The notes: generated from the letters alone by a model not told the origin. A DNA stretch of 64,000 bases from Candidatus Pacearchaeota archaeon (GCA_017609285.1 JAFCEE010000001.1:18475-82474); one strand, 5' to 3'. Counted from the first letter of the stretch, positions 17,801-26,519 are shown. Numbers and translations: made by a program.

Positions 17801-18584
17801 TTCTTGTAAATATTCTTCTCAGGATAAAGAATACGAAGCAATGGAAAATTCTATGAGTTGTAATATAAAGCTACAAGATCAAGAACAATATGGATGGCCT
17901 TGTTCAGTAACATTAACTAATCTAACAAAACAAGAAAATAAAATTTTTATAAGATGTAAAGATAAACCTTGGTTAGAAGAAAATAATGAAACAAGAAAAG
18001 CAAACTCAGAAAGTTATGAATATAATTTAATAGCAAGTAAGAATAAGTTGGAAATAATCTCAATAACACCAAATAAAACTCTTGAATTTGGAGACGAACC
18101 AGTTTCAATAGAACTTAAAGCACAAACTTCTGGGGGTGCAGAACAAGGAAAATCTGAATGTTATTTTAGTTTTTTAGGAGAAGAAGGTTCTTATATTTTA
18201 TTTAAAAATACTTTTTCATCTAGTCATAGCCAGTTATTTAATCAAATGTTAAGAGGAACTCATAAAATTTATGTGAAATGTGAAGATATTGCGGGGAATG
18301 TTGCTGAAGATTTTACTAGATTTAAGTTAAAAATAGACACTACTCCGCCAAGAATTGTGAGGGCTTATAATTTTGGTCAGCTTAAAATTATCACTAACGA
18401 GGATTCTGAATGTGTATATAGTCATGAAAATTGTAATTTTGTTTGGGAAAACGCAACTGAAATGTCAGGAATTCAAAAAATACATGAAACTTCTTGGAAA
18501 CAGGGAAAAACTTATTATGTAAAGTGTAAAGATTTGTGGGATAATAAGCCGGGAGGCTGTTCTATAATAATTAAAGCTGTTTGA
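14895..18584 (+). CDS. giant Cys-rich multi-TM surface protein (putative adhesin)
   Basis: About 1229 aa from the first ATG (track ORF starts at GTG 14871). N-terminal signal anchor; Cys-rich ectodomain (about 540 aa) with repeated C-x-LGCC motifs; Gly/Ala-rich cluster of 3-4 predicted TM helices (aa about 610-700); C-terminal about 520 aa of repeated beta-rich domains ending ...YYVKCKD. The N-terminal half is paralogous to ORF 19411..21045 and the C-terminal half to ORF 21076..23871. Confidence 0.6.
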   Translation: MKKGKILSKKEGISYLEILILIIYTFAFSYIVYQPMKSVSAQESDIVLWTCKETKDEYGSKKCQEYLSSECNEKCKSDCFPGTRDEFSECQLGCCIDSIGKCMSKVPKAECIDKGGKWENDANCNPGKIPQCKLGCCVLNNNVKPLVTEKECRYYTSEAGINLDSGFDFRQGMNEPECLALALTQAKGACVIGESCRFVSEQECYSLTNSLANFHKDWLCTHPELNNSCNMTEETTCVDGRDGVYFVDSCGNIANIYDASKVNDVNYWKEIIPVSESCGSNDEKGNANSKTCGNCNRFLGSSCSLASETSPEYGNYICKPLDCPNAPDTKGTKDRKNGESWCVYESVIGEGRDVVGSRHYRYSCVEGEVKIEPCADFRNEICVESEVGIAEGGSETFSTASCRLNRWQECLNYNNAEGNTRKEKTENMKAACSKNEDCFVKEIKIDSKFSFSVCVPNYPPGFDLSGESNVGSDKVAEEICNMADNKCTVVYVKDWKGSWDCKVNCNCEKPVFTNQMNEFCSSLGDCGGYVNVEGEFTDEGYEVKGKAPKKLSSKILNEILSYSSPDNNQAAEPGDMSKYYGNLSILSKGVGNVDYDNKADLGWVGYVAGAAGTVYAVAAAYVFIEGVDISLGAFLEEAPYAFGDLFGSAAPIMRAFARVAIGAAIGAVVGQLVGKAIGAEGEGAAAIAYAGAVGGIFIGIAWESARLTWEFGLIGVIIFVVVLLWTWITGWGDVRERVVSFNCEPWQPPVGGSDCEKCNKDEQGCSKYKCESLGTACRFLNEGTTEETCIASENDKTPPEISQWNEILSDGYKYEKTSDGIKIRQNNGECIPEFSQVNFGLITNERAQCKYELEASANYDLMENYFGESNLYLINHSMSLSMPSVDSIVNQYNVTKEFVEEKYGDFKLYVRCRDDWNNFNIKEYVIDLCVKPGPDITPPIIQKIVPETESYLAYNETEKNIKVYTNEPSSCKYSSQDKEYEAMENSMSCNIKLQDQEQYGWPCSVTLTNLTKQENKIFIRCKDKPWLEENNETRKANSESYEYNLIASKNKLEIISITPNKTLEFGDEPVSIELKAQTSGGAEQGKSECYFSFLGEEGSYILFKNTFSSSHSQLFNQMLRGTHKIYVKCEDIAGNVAEDFTRFKLKIDTTPPRIVRAYNFGQLKIITNEDSECVYSHENCNFVWENATEMSGIQKIHETSWKQGKTYYVKCKDLWDNKPGGCSIIIKAV

Positions 18585-18632
18585 TAATAAGGAAAATTTA
18601 TAAATAAGCTTGTCTTTGGAAAAATAAGGAAA

Positions 18633-19409
18633 ATGAATAGCAAAAGAGGACAATTGACTTTATTTATTATTGTAGCTATTGTAATTGTTGCTGTACTGCT
18701 TGTTTTGTTTTACCCTAGACTAAAAAAAATAGTAGTTCCGGGCAGCCCAAGTGTACAATTACAAGATTGTATAAATAGTAAGTTAGATGAGGCAGTAGAG
18801 TTAGTAAGTAAGAGGGGGGGCAGTATAGAGCCTGTGAATAACATAATGTATGGAGGTGAGAAGGTAGAGTATTTATGTTATACTAACCAATACTATCAAA
18901 CTTGTGTGATGCAACAACCTCTTTTGAGACAACATGTGGAAAGAGAGATCTTGGATTATATAAAGCCAGAAGCTTTATCCTGTATAAATAACTTAAAACA
19001 AAATTTAAGGAAAAAAGGGTGGCAGGTTTCTCAAGACAGAGAAGATATTTCTATTAGTATTGTTCCAAATAAGATTGAAATTACAGTTTCTGGTTTTTCT
19101 GCTGTTAAGGAGGATATTGGAGAAAGATATGATAAATTTGTTGTTGAAAAGAAAAGTCAACTTTATAATTTAATTATGTTAGCTACCTCTATTTTGAATT
19201 GGGAAGCTCGTTATGGTGATTCTGACATAAAAACTTACATGTTGTATTATCCAAATATGAAAGTTGAAAAATACAAACAAGAAGATGGTTCAAAGATTTA
19301 TACTCTAACTTATACACCAACTAAAGAAAAATTTGTATTTGCTTCAAGAAGTCTAAGTTGGCCTGCAGGATATGGTTTAGGCCAGACACATAAATCAATA
19401 ACAGTTTAA
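18633..19409 (+). CDS. class-III signal peptide (type IV pilin-like) protein, locus copy 2
   Basis: 258 aa. MNSKRGQ|LTLFIIVAIVIVAVLLVLF; paralog of 14126..14893 (shared ...GG.I.P.N...Y...KV.YLCY...YY..C... block). Confidence 0.55.
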   Translation: MNSKRGQLTLFIIVAIVIVAVLLVLFYPRLKKIVVPGSPSVQLQDCINSKLDEAVELVSKRGGSIEPVNNIMYGGEKVEYLCYTNQYYQTCVMQQPLLRQHVEREILDYIKPEALSCINNLKQNLRKKGWQVSQDREDISISIVPNKIEITVSGFSAVKEDIGERYDKFVVEKKSQLYNLIMLATSILNWEARYGDSDIKTYMLYYPNMKVEKYKQEDGSKIYTLTYTPTKEKFVFASRSLSWPAGYGLGQTHKSITV

Positions 19410-19410
19410 A

Positions 19411-21045
19411 ATGGAGAATAATATGATAATTAAAAAGATAAAAATAAGTTCAGTTATTTTAATGCTATTTATAAGTATTTTTGTTTTTTCATTAAATTTT
19501 TCAGTAAAGGCACAACAGGTAAAGTTTTGTTGTGAGAGAACTACTTATGGAGCGTGGTGTCAAAATGCTCCTGAAGAAGAATGTGATGAAGGTTATAATT
19601 GCGGAATAGATGAAAAAGGAAATCTATTAAAATGTAGAAAAACTCCTACTTCTTGCGAGGCTACTTCTTATTGTAGATTAGGATGTTGTTATGACAGTAG
19701 TGAAGGAATATGTATGGAAAAAACTCCCCAAAAAGTTTGTCAAGATTCAGGTGGGACTTGGAGTGATGATGCTGAATGTAATATTGCTCAATGCCAGCTT
19801 GGCTGTTGTATTTTAGGAACCCAAGCAGCTTTTGTAACCTTGACTAGATGTAAAAAATTAAGTAGTTTTTATGGCTTGATTACTAATTTTAGAAGAGATA
19901 TAGGAAATGAATTAAGTTGTATATCTCTTGCTTCATTAAGTGACCAAGGTGCTTGTGTTTATGAAGTTGATTTTGTTAAAACTTGTAAATTTACTTCTAG
20001 GCAAGAATGCAATAGTATTAAGCAAGGAATGAATATTGGAAATAAAACTGAATTAGGGGGCGGAAGGGTTACTAGTAATGTTGAGTTTTATAAAGATTTA
20101 TTATGCACTGCTGAAGAACTTGGAACTAGTTGTAGTATGACAAAACAAACTACTTGTATTGAAGGAAGAGATGAAGTTTATTTTGTTGATTCTTGTGGCA
20201 ATATAGCTAATATTTATGATGCTTCTAAAATTGATGATAAAGCTTATTGGAGGAAAAAAATAAGTAAAGTAGAAAGTTGTGGAAGTGGTTCTTCTAATAT
20301 TAATTCAAGAACTTGCGGTAATTGTAATTATTTTGAGGGTAGTATTTGTGGCGAAGGAAATGCTAAATATGGAGATTATATTTGTAAGGATTTAAATTGC
20401 CATGCTTCTGACACTAGTGATGGCAAATTACACAAACATGGAGAATCTTGGTGCAGTACTGATAAATATCCTGATTCTGTAGGTAGTAGATATTTTAGAC
20501 ATATTTGTATGAATGGTGAGGAAATTATTGAGCCATGCGCAGATTTTAGGCAGGAAATTTGTATTCAAGATTATATTGAATCTGGTGGTGTTAAGTTTTC
20601 TCAAGCTGGATGTAGAGTTAATAGGTGGCAGGATTGTTATAGTCAGACTGAAAAAAAAGATTGTGAAAATAAAGACAAAAGAGATTGTAAGTGGATTTTA
20701 AAAACTGATAAGGTTGCAGAAAGAGAAACTGAAGAAGGAAAATATCAGCCAATTAAAATTGGGTGTGTTCCTGAACATTCTCCAGGTTTGAAATTCTGGG
20801 AAGAAGGAGAAGCTCAAGGAACTTGTTCTCTTGCAAATTCTCAATGCGTGGTTGAATTTGTAAAAGAAGGTTTTTTAAAGGGGGGTGGTAAAAAATGTGA
20901 GGATAATTGTGAATGTTTAGAAGATTCTTGGAAACAAGAACAATTAGAAAAATGTGAACAAATTGGAGATTGTGGGGCTAAAACTAATTGGATTGGAAAT
21001 AAAGGAAATAAAGAAGGTTATGATATTAAAATAACTGAACAATGA
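19411..21045 (+). CDS. Cys-rich secreted/membrane-anchored protein (N-terminal-half paralog of the giant protein)
   Basis: 544 aa. N-terminal signal anchor; strong amino-acid and nucleotide similarity to aa about 50-560 of 14895..18584 (e.g. TTCIEGRDEVYFVDSCGNIANIYDAS vs TTCVDGRDGVYFVDSCGNIANIYDAS). Confidence 0.6.
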   Translation: MENNMIIKKIKISSVILMLFISIFVFSLNFSVKAQQVKFCCERTTYGAWCQNAPEEECDEGYNCGIDEKGNLLKCRKTPTSCEATSYCRLGCCYDSSEGICMEKTPQKVCQDSGGTWSDDAECNIAQCQLGCCILGTQAAFVTLTRCKKLSSFYGLITNFRRDIGNELSCISLASLSDQGACVYEVDFVKTCKFTSRQECNSIKQGMNIGNKTELGGGRVTSNVEFYKDLLCTAEELGTSCSMTKQTTCIEGRDEVYFVDSCGNIANIYDASKIDDKAYWRKKISKVESCGSGSSNINSRTCGNCNYFEGSICGEGNAKYGDYICKDLNCHASDTSDGKLHKHGESWCSTDKYPDSVGSRYFRHICMNGEEIIEPCADFRQEICIQDYIESGGVKFSQAGCRVNRWQDCYSQTEKKDCENKDKRDCKWILKTDKVAERETEEGKYQPIKIGCVPEHSPGLKFWEEGEAQGTCSLANSQCVVEFVKEGFLKGGGKKCEDNCECLEDSWKQEQLEKCEQIGDCGAKTNWIGNKGNKEGYDIKITEQ

Positions 21046-21075
21046 AAAGATTAAAATGAAAAAAGAAGAAGAAAA

Positions 21076-23871
21076 ATGATGAAAAATAAAAAAGCAAGAC
21101 AAACAATAGCAGGATTTGAAATTATAACTTTAGTTCTTGCTATAATTTCGTTTGTTGTTATTATTTCTGGTGGGGTGAGTGGGGAGAATGGTGGGGGAGG
21201 TGGGGGTGGGGATGGTAATTCAGATTTTGTAGAGGGTAAGATTGGTATTGAAAGGGGGGGGGCTAAAATATTTTTTCCAAATGATGAAAACCTCCCAGTT
21301 TACTCATCTATTGATGGTGGTAGAACATGGTCTGAAAGTTACTGGTATAACAGAAATAATATGAAAGAGTTCGCCTTACAAGATGATAAAATTGAAAGAA
21401 CACTTTTAGGGAGGCGACCATCAGTAGTAAGATTAAGGGAAGTGCGGGGTGCAAAAACTATGAGAGAAGGAGGAGGTGTTAGTGGAGCAAGTAGCTCTCC
21501 CAATCCAGCAAGAGGAATAAATTTTCAACAACCAGAACCTATTGGGGGGTTTAAAGTTACTGAAACAATGGCAGGAAGATTAGAAGAGATTGGTGTAGAA
21601 TTGGATGCGGGTGCAGAAATAGAAAAAATAGTTCCAGGAGATAAGGGTTTAATCCTAAAATTGAAGAGTGGAGAATCTGTTGAAATAGATGGAGAAAAAA
21701 TAAAAGAATTTGGGAGGATAACTGGAACAAGTAATAGTATAACAAATGCTTATCGTAATGCTCTTTATGAAGGTTTGAAGGGAGGTAAGGGGACTGTTGG
21801 TGAATTAATAGGAGAAGGAACAAGAGATATTGGTGGTGTATGGGAAGTTAGTTCTGAATCAATTAAGGGTACTGATATGGCAAAAGTTACTTTTAAAAAT
21901 AAAATAACAGGGGACGAGTTTACAAAAGAACTATCTACAAAAATGAGATTATCACAAATAAGTAGTATTGAGATAACAGGGCAAGCAGCTCCAAAGCTTC
22001 CATTATTAGGAGAAATACCTGTAATGGGAGGACTTGGTTATATTTTAGAAGGTCTTGCATGGGGTTTAGGAGTTGCTGGTCTTATACAATTAATAGGCGG
22101 ATTAGCGGGAATGGAAAGTAAAGCAATAAATTCAGCTAGTATTGCTGCAATAATTGGTGGCGGAGTAAAAGGTGCTGTAAGTGCAATTATAGGGAAAGGT
22201 GGTTTAATAACAAAAGATCTCGGACTCGCAATGAAAACAAAAGGGTTGTGGTGGAAATATACTCCTCATGCAGCTGGAATCGTAGCAGCAATAATCGTCT
22301 TTGGTTTAATGGATCAAGGTGAAAGCAAGAAAGTTGTGAATTTCAAATGTAATCCATGGGAAGCACCAACAGGAGGAAGTGATTGTGAAAAATGCAATGA
22401 TGGACTTTATCCATGTACAGAATATAGGTGCAAAAGTTTAGGACAAGCTTGTGAGTTGTTAAATCCTGGAACAGGAGAAGAAGCTTGTGTATGGGTAAAT
22501 CCAAAAGATGTAAACAGTCCAATAATAGAAACATGGGATAAAGTTTTAACAAAAGACCATAAGTATGACCCAAATACAGCAATAAGGCCTCCTGACAGGG
22601 GAGTAAAAATTTTGTATGAAAAGTCAAATGATGGTTGTATAAAAGCATTTACTCCATTAAGCTTTGGAATAACCTTAAATGAACCAGCACAATGTAAAAT
22701 TGATTATAACAGGACAGCAAAATATGAAGATATGAACTATTATTTTGGGGGTAGCAATATTTACAAATATAATCATACGCAAGTTATGAGGTTGCCTGGT
22801 CCAGATGCTGTAAATGCAGAAGCTCCTGAACTTAAAAATGATGGAAATTATAATTTATATGTAAGATGTCAAGATGCAAATGGAAATTCAAATGATGACT
22901 TATTTGTATTTAGTTTTTGTGTAGAAAGAGGCCCTGATGTAACCCCGCCTAAGATTGAAGGAACAAGCATAAGTAATGGGATGCCAATCCAATATGGTTT
23001 GAATCAGACAAAACTTGAAGTCTATGTAAATGAGCCTTCTGAATGTAAGTGGAGTAAAACAGACCAAGATTATGAAGCAATGGAACATAGTTTTGATTGT
23101 GCAAGCCATGTTTATGAGATGAATAACTTAATGTTATATAAGTGTGAAGGAATTTTAACAGATTTAGAAGATAGAAAAGACAATGTCTTTTACTTTAGAT
23201 GTAAAGATCAGCCTTGGTTAACTGGAGAAAAACAGGTTGATAGAAATGTAAATGTTGAGAGTTATAAATTTATATTGAAGGGAACACAACCCCTCAATAT
23301 AGTAAATGTAAAGCCAAATGAAACTATAACTGGCTACTCAACTCTAGCTACTGTAAATTTAGAAGTAGAAACCGAAGCTGGCTACAATCTCGGTGATAGC
23401 TGGTGCAGTTATTATTGCATATCTGTAGGAGAAGAAGCTTCTGTTAGCGAAGATAGATGGATACAAATGTTTGAAACAGGAACTAATATACATAAACAGA
23501 GACTTGACTTGCCTGCTGACGAATATATTTGTGAGTTTCAGTGTGTAGATTTAGGAGGAAATGCTGCTTACTCAAACACAACTTTCAAAGTTGAAATAGA
23601 TGAAGAAGCTCCTAAAGTAGTTAGAGTTTACCAAGATTCTGGTAAACTAAAGATAATTACAGATGAAAAATCTATCTGCTCTTATTCTACTAACAAAGAA
23701 AAAGAGTGTAGTTTTGACATAGATGAAGGAACTAATATGCCTTATGCTAATAGCAAGGAACATTTTGCTGACTGGGAAGAAGGTAAAACTTATTATGTAA
23801 AATGTAAAGATAGTAATGAGAGACAGCCTTTGCCTAATGAGTGTAGTATTGTGGTAAGAGCTGAGAGTTAA
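21076..23871 (+). CDS. multi-TM surface protein (C-terminal-half paralog of the giant protein)
   Basis: 931 aa. N-terminal TM; Gly-rich stretch (GGVSGENGGGGGGGDG); Gly/Ala-rich TM cluster; then FKCNPWEAPTGGSDCEKCN..., homologous to FNCEPWQPPVGGSDCEKCN... of the 1237-aa protein, ending ...YYVKCKDSNERQPLPNECSIVVRAES. Confidence 0.6.
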   Translation: MMKNKKARQTIAGFEIITLVLAIISFVVIISGGVSGENGGGGGGGDGNSDFVEGKIGIERGGAKIFFPNDENLPVYSSIDGGRTWSESYWYNRNNMKEFALQDDKIERTLLGRRPSVVRLREVRGAKTMREGGGVSGASSSPNPARGINFQQPEPIGGFKVTETMAGRLEEIGVELDAGAEIEKIVPGDKGLILKLKSGESVEIDGEKIKEFGRITGTSNSITNAYRNALYEGLKGGKGTVGELIGEGTRDIGGVWEVSSESIKGTDMAKVTFKNKITGDEFTKELSTKMRLSQISSIEITGQAAPKLPLLGEIPVMGGLGYILEGLAWGLGVAGLIQLIGGLAGMESKAINSASIAAIIGGGVKGAVSAIIGKGGLITKDLGLAMKTKGLWWKYTPHAAGIVAAIIVFGLMDQGESKKVVNFKCNPWEAPTGGSDCEKCNDGLYPCTEYRCKSLGQACELLNPGTGEEACVWVNPKDVNSPIIETWDKVLTKDHKYDPNTAIRPPDRGVKILYEKSNDGCIKAFTPLSFGITLNEPAQCKIDYNRTAKYEDMNYYFGGSNIYKYNHTQVMRLPGPDAVNAEAPELKNDGNYNLYVRCQDANGNSNDDLFVFSFCVERGPDVTPPKIEGTSISNGMPIQYGLNQTKLEVYVNEPSECKWSKTDQDYEAMEHSFDCASHVYEMNNLMLYKCEGILTDLEDRKDNVFYFRCKDQPWLTGEKQVDRNVNVESYKFILKGTQPLNIVNVKPNETITGYSTLATVNLEVETEAGYNLGDSWCSYYCISVGEEASVSEDRWIQMFETGTNIHKQRLDLPADEYICEFQCVDLGGNAAYSNTTFKVEIDEEAPKVVRVYQDSGKLKIITDEKSICSYSTNKEKECSFDIDEGTNMPYANSKEHFADWEEGKTYYVKCKDSNERQPLPNECSIVVRAES

Positions 23872-23881
23872 GTCGTAGGAT

Positions 23882-24184
23882 TTAACTTAATTTTTTAATT
23901 AATTCTGCTTTTATCAACTTCTTTTTTTCTTTTGATACTGAAAATAAAAATTTTTTAATCATTTTTTCAGAAATAGTAAAAATATAATTTAATTTAATAA
24001 TGCTTTCTTTTAATGCTCCTTCTTTTTTCGTTAAAGGAATTCCTTTCATTTTGATATTGCTTGTTATTCCTGCAACTACAACATTCCCTTGTTCTTCAAA
24101 TAAGACTAAAGCAGGTCTTGTTTTAATTTCAAAAGTATCTGTAAATTGTACTTGAGCTAGAATAATATCTCCAAAATTATACAT
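23882..24184 (-). CDS. MazF/PemK-family toxin (type II toxin-antitoxin)
   Basis: 100 aa. GDIILAQVQFTD...KTRPALVL aligns with E. coli MazF GDLIWVDFDPTKGSEQAGHRPAVVL; the C-terminal LIKAELIKKL resembles LQLIKAKINVLI. Confidence 0.65.
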   Translation of the reverse strand: MYNFGDIILAQVQFTDTFEIKTRPALVLFEEQGNVVVAGITSNIKMKGIPLTKKEGALKESIIKLNYIFTISEKMIKKFLFSVSKEKKKLIKAELIKKLS

Positions 24185-24421
24185 TTATACCTCTTCCCAA
24201 AATTCGTCTTGTTTATTATCCCAAATTTCCCTCATTTTTGGTTGCTGTATTTTATGTAAAAATTCATCATACTGATTTCTCTGTTTCATTTTTATAAAAA
24301 TCGTTGCCATTTTTTCTAGTAATTCATTGTAAGTTTGTCTAGGATATTCCTTGCTTTTCTTAAGCATTTCAATTGTCTTTTTATCTAATAATATTGTTGT
24401 CTTTTCTGTCATATATATCAC
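24185..24421 (-). CDS. putative antitoxin partner of the MazF-like toxin
   Basis: 78 aa ORF immediately upstream of the toxin on the same strand with a 0-nt gap, which is typical antitoxin-toxin order. Confidence 0.4.
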   Translation of the reverse strand: MIYMTEKTTILLDKKTIEMLKKSKEYPRQTYNELLEKMATIFIKMKQRNQYDEFLHKIQQPKMREIWDNKQDEFWEEV

Positions 24422-24472
24422 CTATACATATATTATATATTAACTATATAAACTTTTCGATTAAAATTCTGC

Positions 24473-24584
24473 TGAACATTTTACAGAATGGGTAGAAGGA
24501 CAGACTTATTATGTAAAATGCAAAGATTCTAATGAGAGACAGCCTGCTCTTTTTCTTGTTCAGTTATAGTGGGAGCTGAGTCGA
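24473..24584 (+). repeat. degenerate copy of the 3' end of the giant surface-protein gene (gene fragment B)
   Basis: gaacattttacagaatgggtagaaggacagacttattatgtaaaatgcaaagattctaatgagagacagcct matches 23757..23830 (the end of 21076..23871) with substitutions, then diverges or frameshifts (…KCKDSNERQPALFLVQL*). Confidence 0.55.
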
Positions 24585-24636
24585 CTTAAACAGCTTAAAA
24601 AATTTATAATGGATTCTGAGACAAGAGAGTATGTAA

Positions 24637-24924
24637 ATGAAAAGAGTAGACAAAAGATTAGATGAAAGACTAGGGGGACTTTATGATGGGATGACTGGAT
24701 TAGAAAGCAGAATGGATGGTCTATATGAAGGGCTAAATGCAAAGATGGATGGGCTTAATATAAAGATGGATGCTGTTTTGAATGCTATTTCTGTTTTTTC
24801 TAGAGCTTATGAAAAGTCTCAAGAGCTATATACTAATGTTTTAAAGGATTTGGGCTATATTAAAGAAAGACTTGATAGTAGGATAGGATTTGCAAGAAAA
24901 GATGAAGAATCAGAGAAGTCTTAG
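24637..24924 (+). CDS. hypothetical coiled-coil protein with MDGL repeats
   Basis: 95 aa ORF; repeated (R/K)MDGL(Y/N) heptad-like units. Confidence 0.3.
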   Translation: MKRVDKRLDERLGGLYDGMTGLESRMDGLYEGLNAKMDGLNIKMDAVLNAISVFSRAYEKSQELYTNVLKDLGYIKERLDSRIGFARKDEESEKS

Positions 24925-25068
24925 AGTTTTTATTTTAAAGTGTGAGGAGTGCAAGATAGCCTTTACCTAATTCTTGTTCTATAATTGTGAGGGTTGAGAG
25001 CTAATAGCATTAAAGAAACAAAATATGAAAATTATTGACAATTAAAAGAAAATTATAGCCATTTTATT

Positions 25069-25836
25069 CTATTTCTGTAGAAAATAAAAAAATGGTTTGT
25101 AAAGAAGTGCAGGTTCACTTACTTTAAAATTTTTTATTCCAGTCTCTCCTATCTCAAGAGAAAACCAACCAACAAATGACTTAACATATTCATCAAATCT
25201 TGATCTGTATTCAGGTTTAACTTCTCTTCTTAATGCTCTAAGAAATCCTTTATTTACTCTTAATTCTCTTGCAGTTCCATAAACTACCAAATCATATCCA
25301 TCTAAAGAGCGAGAAGGGATGCTGAAAGGTTCATTTGAATCTCCTCTTGTCAATAAACTTATTAAATTTTTTACTTTGCCTTCTTCTGCCAATCCTCTAT
25401 CTGCAGAAATTGTTGTTTTATAACCTCCACCAATACCTAAAACTTTTCCAATTGTACGTTTATAATCTACATTTATCGTTTTCTTTCTTTTCAGGAAACT
25501 TAGAAAGCCTTTTTTTCTTTCTCTTAGCATTATATCCATTTGAATAAAATAATAGAAAAATTACATTGTATATGTCGGCAACATTCTTCTTTCTAAACCA
25601 CTACCCTCATTCAAATATCTTAAACTGTTTGGTAATGCTCTAGCTTGTCGATTATCATGAGTTACATATATAGAGGAAGTGACTCTCCTACCTAGAGCAT
25701 TCATGTGGGCATTAGCTATAGGTACAATCACATCTTCTAAACCAGGATCAACAGCAAATTTTGTTTTATATCCTGCTACTATAACCCCTGCTCTCGTTGA
25801 AACCCATCCTCTTAATTTCCTTCCTAATCTTGGCAT
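25069..25836 (-). pseudogene. hypothetical protein with internal duplication, interrupted by an in-frame TAA
   Basis: ORFs 25561..25836 and 25069..25539 are in the same frame on the minus strand (25836-25539=297). They are joined by TAA plus 21 stop-free nt (…LPTYTM*FFYYFIQMDIML…). Internal repeat AGYKTKFAVDPGL / GGGYKTTISADRGL. Locally elevated GC. Confidence 0.35.
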
Positions 25837-25932
25837 ACAATAAACATTCCATCTTTATTTAAATATCTTATGTTTATATAGTATATACTATAAAATAGTT
25901 ACTTTTATAAATCTAAGAAAACATAAAATAAT

Positions 25933-26202
25933 ATGTTTGGGTATGTTAGAAGGTTGTATCAAGGTATAAAGGAAAAGTATAATTCATATAGACGGGAATA
26001 TAAAAGAAGTCCGATTGTTTCTTTTTTTAGGTCTATTTTTGATTACATTCTTGGACGACCAAAACCATTTGTTCTACCTCCAGAGCAGCAAGAGAAATTT
26101 GAAAGTGGGTTAGATGAAAAATTAAGGTTAAACCATGATATTTTTTATGGCCCTGGAAAAATTGTTTTAAGAAAAAAAAGTCTTGTTGATAGACTTGATT
26201 AA
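25933..26202 (+). CDS. hypothetical protein
   Basis: 89 aa ORF in the island; no motif recognised. Confidence 0.25.
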   Translation: MFGYVRRLYQGIKEKYNSYRREYKRSPIVSFFRSIFDYILGRPKPFVLPPEQQEKFESGLDEKLRLNHDIFYGPGKIVLRKKSLVDRLD

Positions 26203-26270
26203 TTTAGATTTTGATTTGTATGGCTTACAACATTTTTTAACTAAAATTTAGGGTCTATATCTCTTTTAAC

Positions 26271-26360
26271 GAAGGTAAATCTGACTATCAAGTGTAAAGA
26301 TAGTAATGAGAAACAGCCTTTGCCTAATGAGTGTAGTATTATTATTAGGGCTGAATCCTG
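26271..26360 (+). repeat. second copy of the 3' end of the giant surface-protein gene (gene fragment C)
   Basis: gaaggtaaatctgactatcaagtgtaaagatagtaatgagaaacagcctttgcctaatgagtgtagtattattattagggctgaatcctga is about 90% identical to 23782..23871 (…KCKDSNEKQPLPNECSIIIRAES*). Confidence 0.6.
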
Positions 26361-26519
26361 ATTCTAAACTTGAAACATTCAAGAGTGAAGTTGGAGAATG
26401 AAAATAATAATAACAAATTTTATATTGTGGAGAAGTCATGAGAAGAAAGATGCCGGCTTGTTATGTAACTTATGATAAAAAACAGAAGAAGTTAAAAAAG
26501 TTGAAGTCTAATTAAGAAA

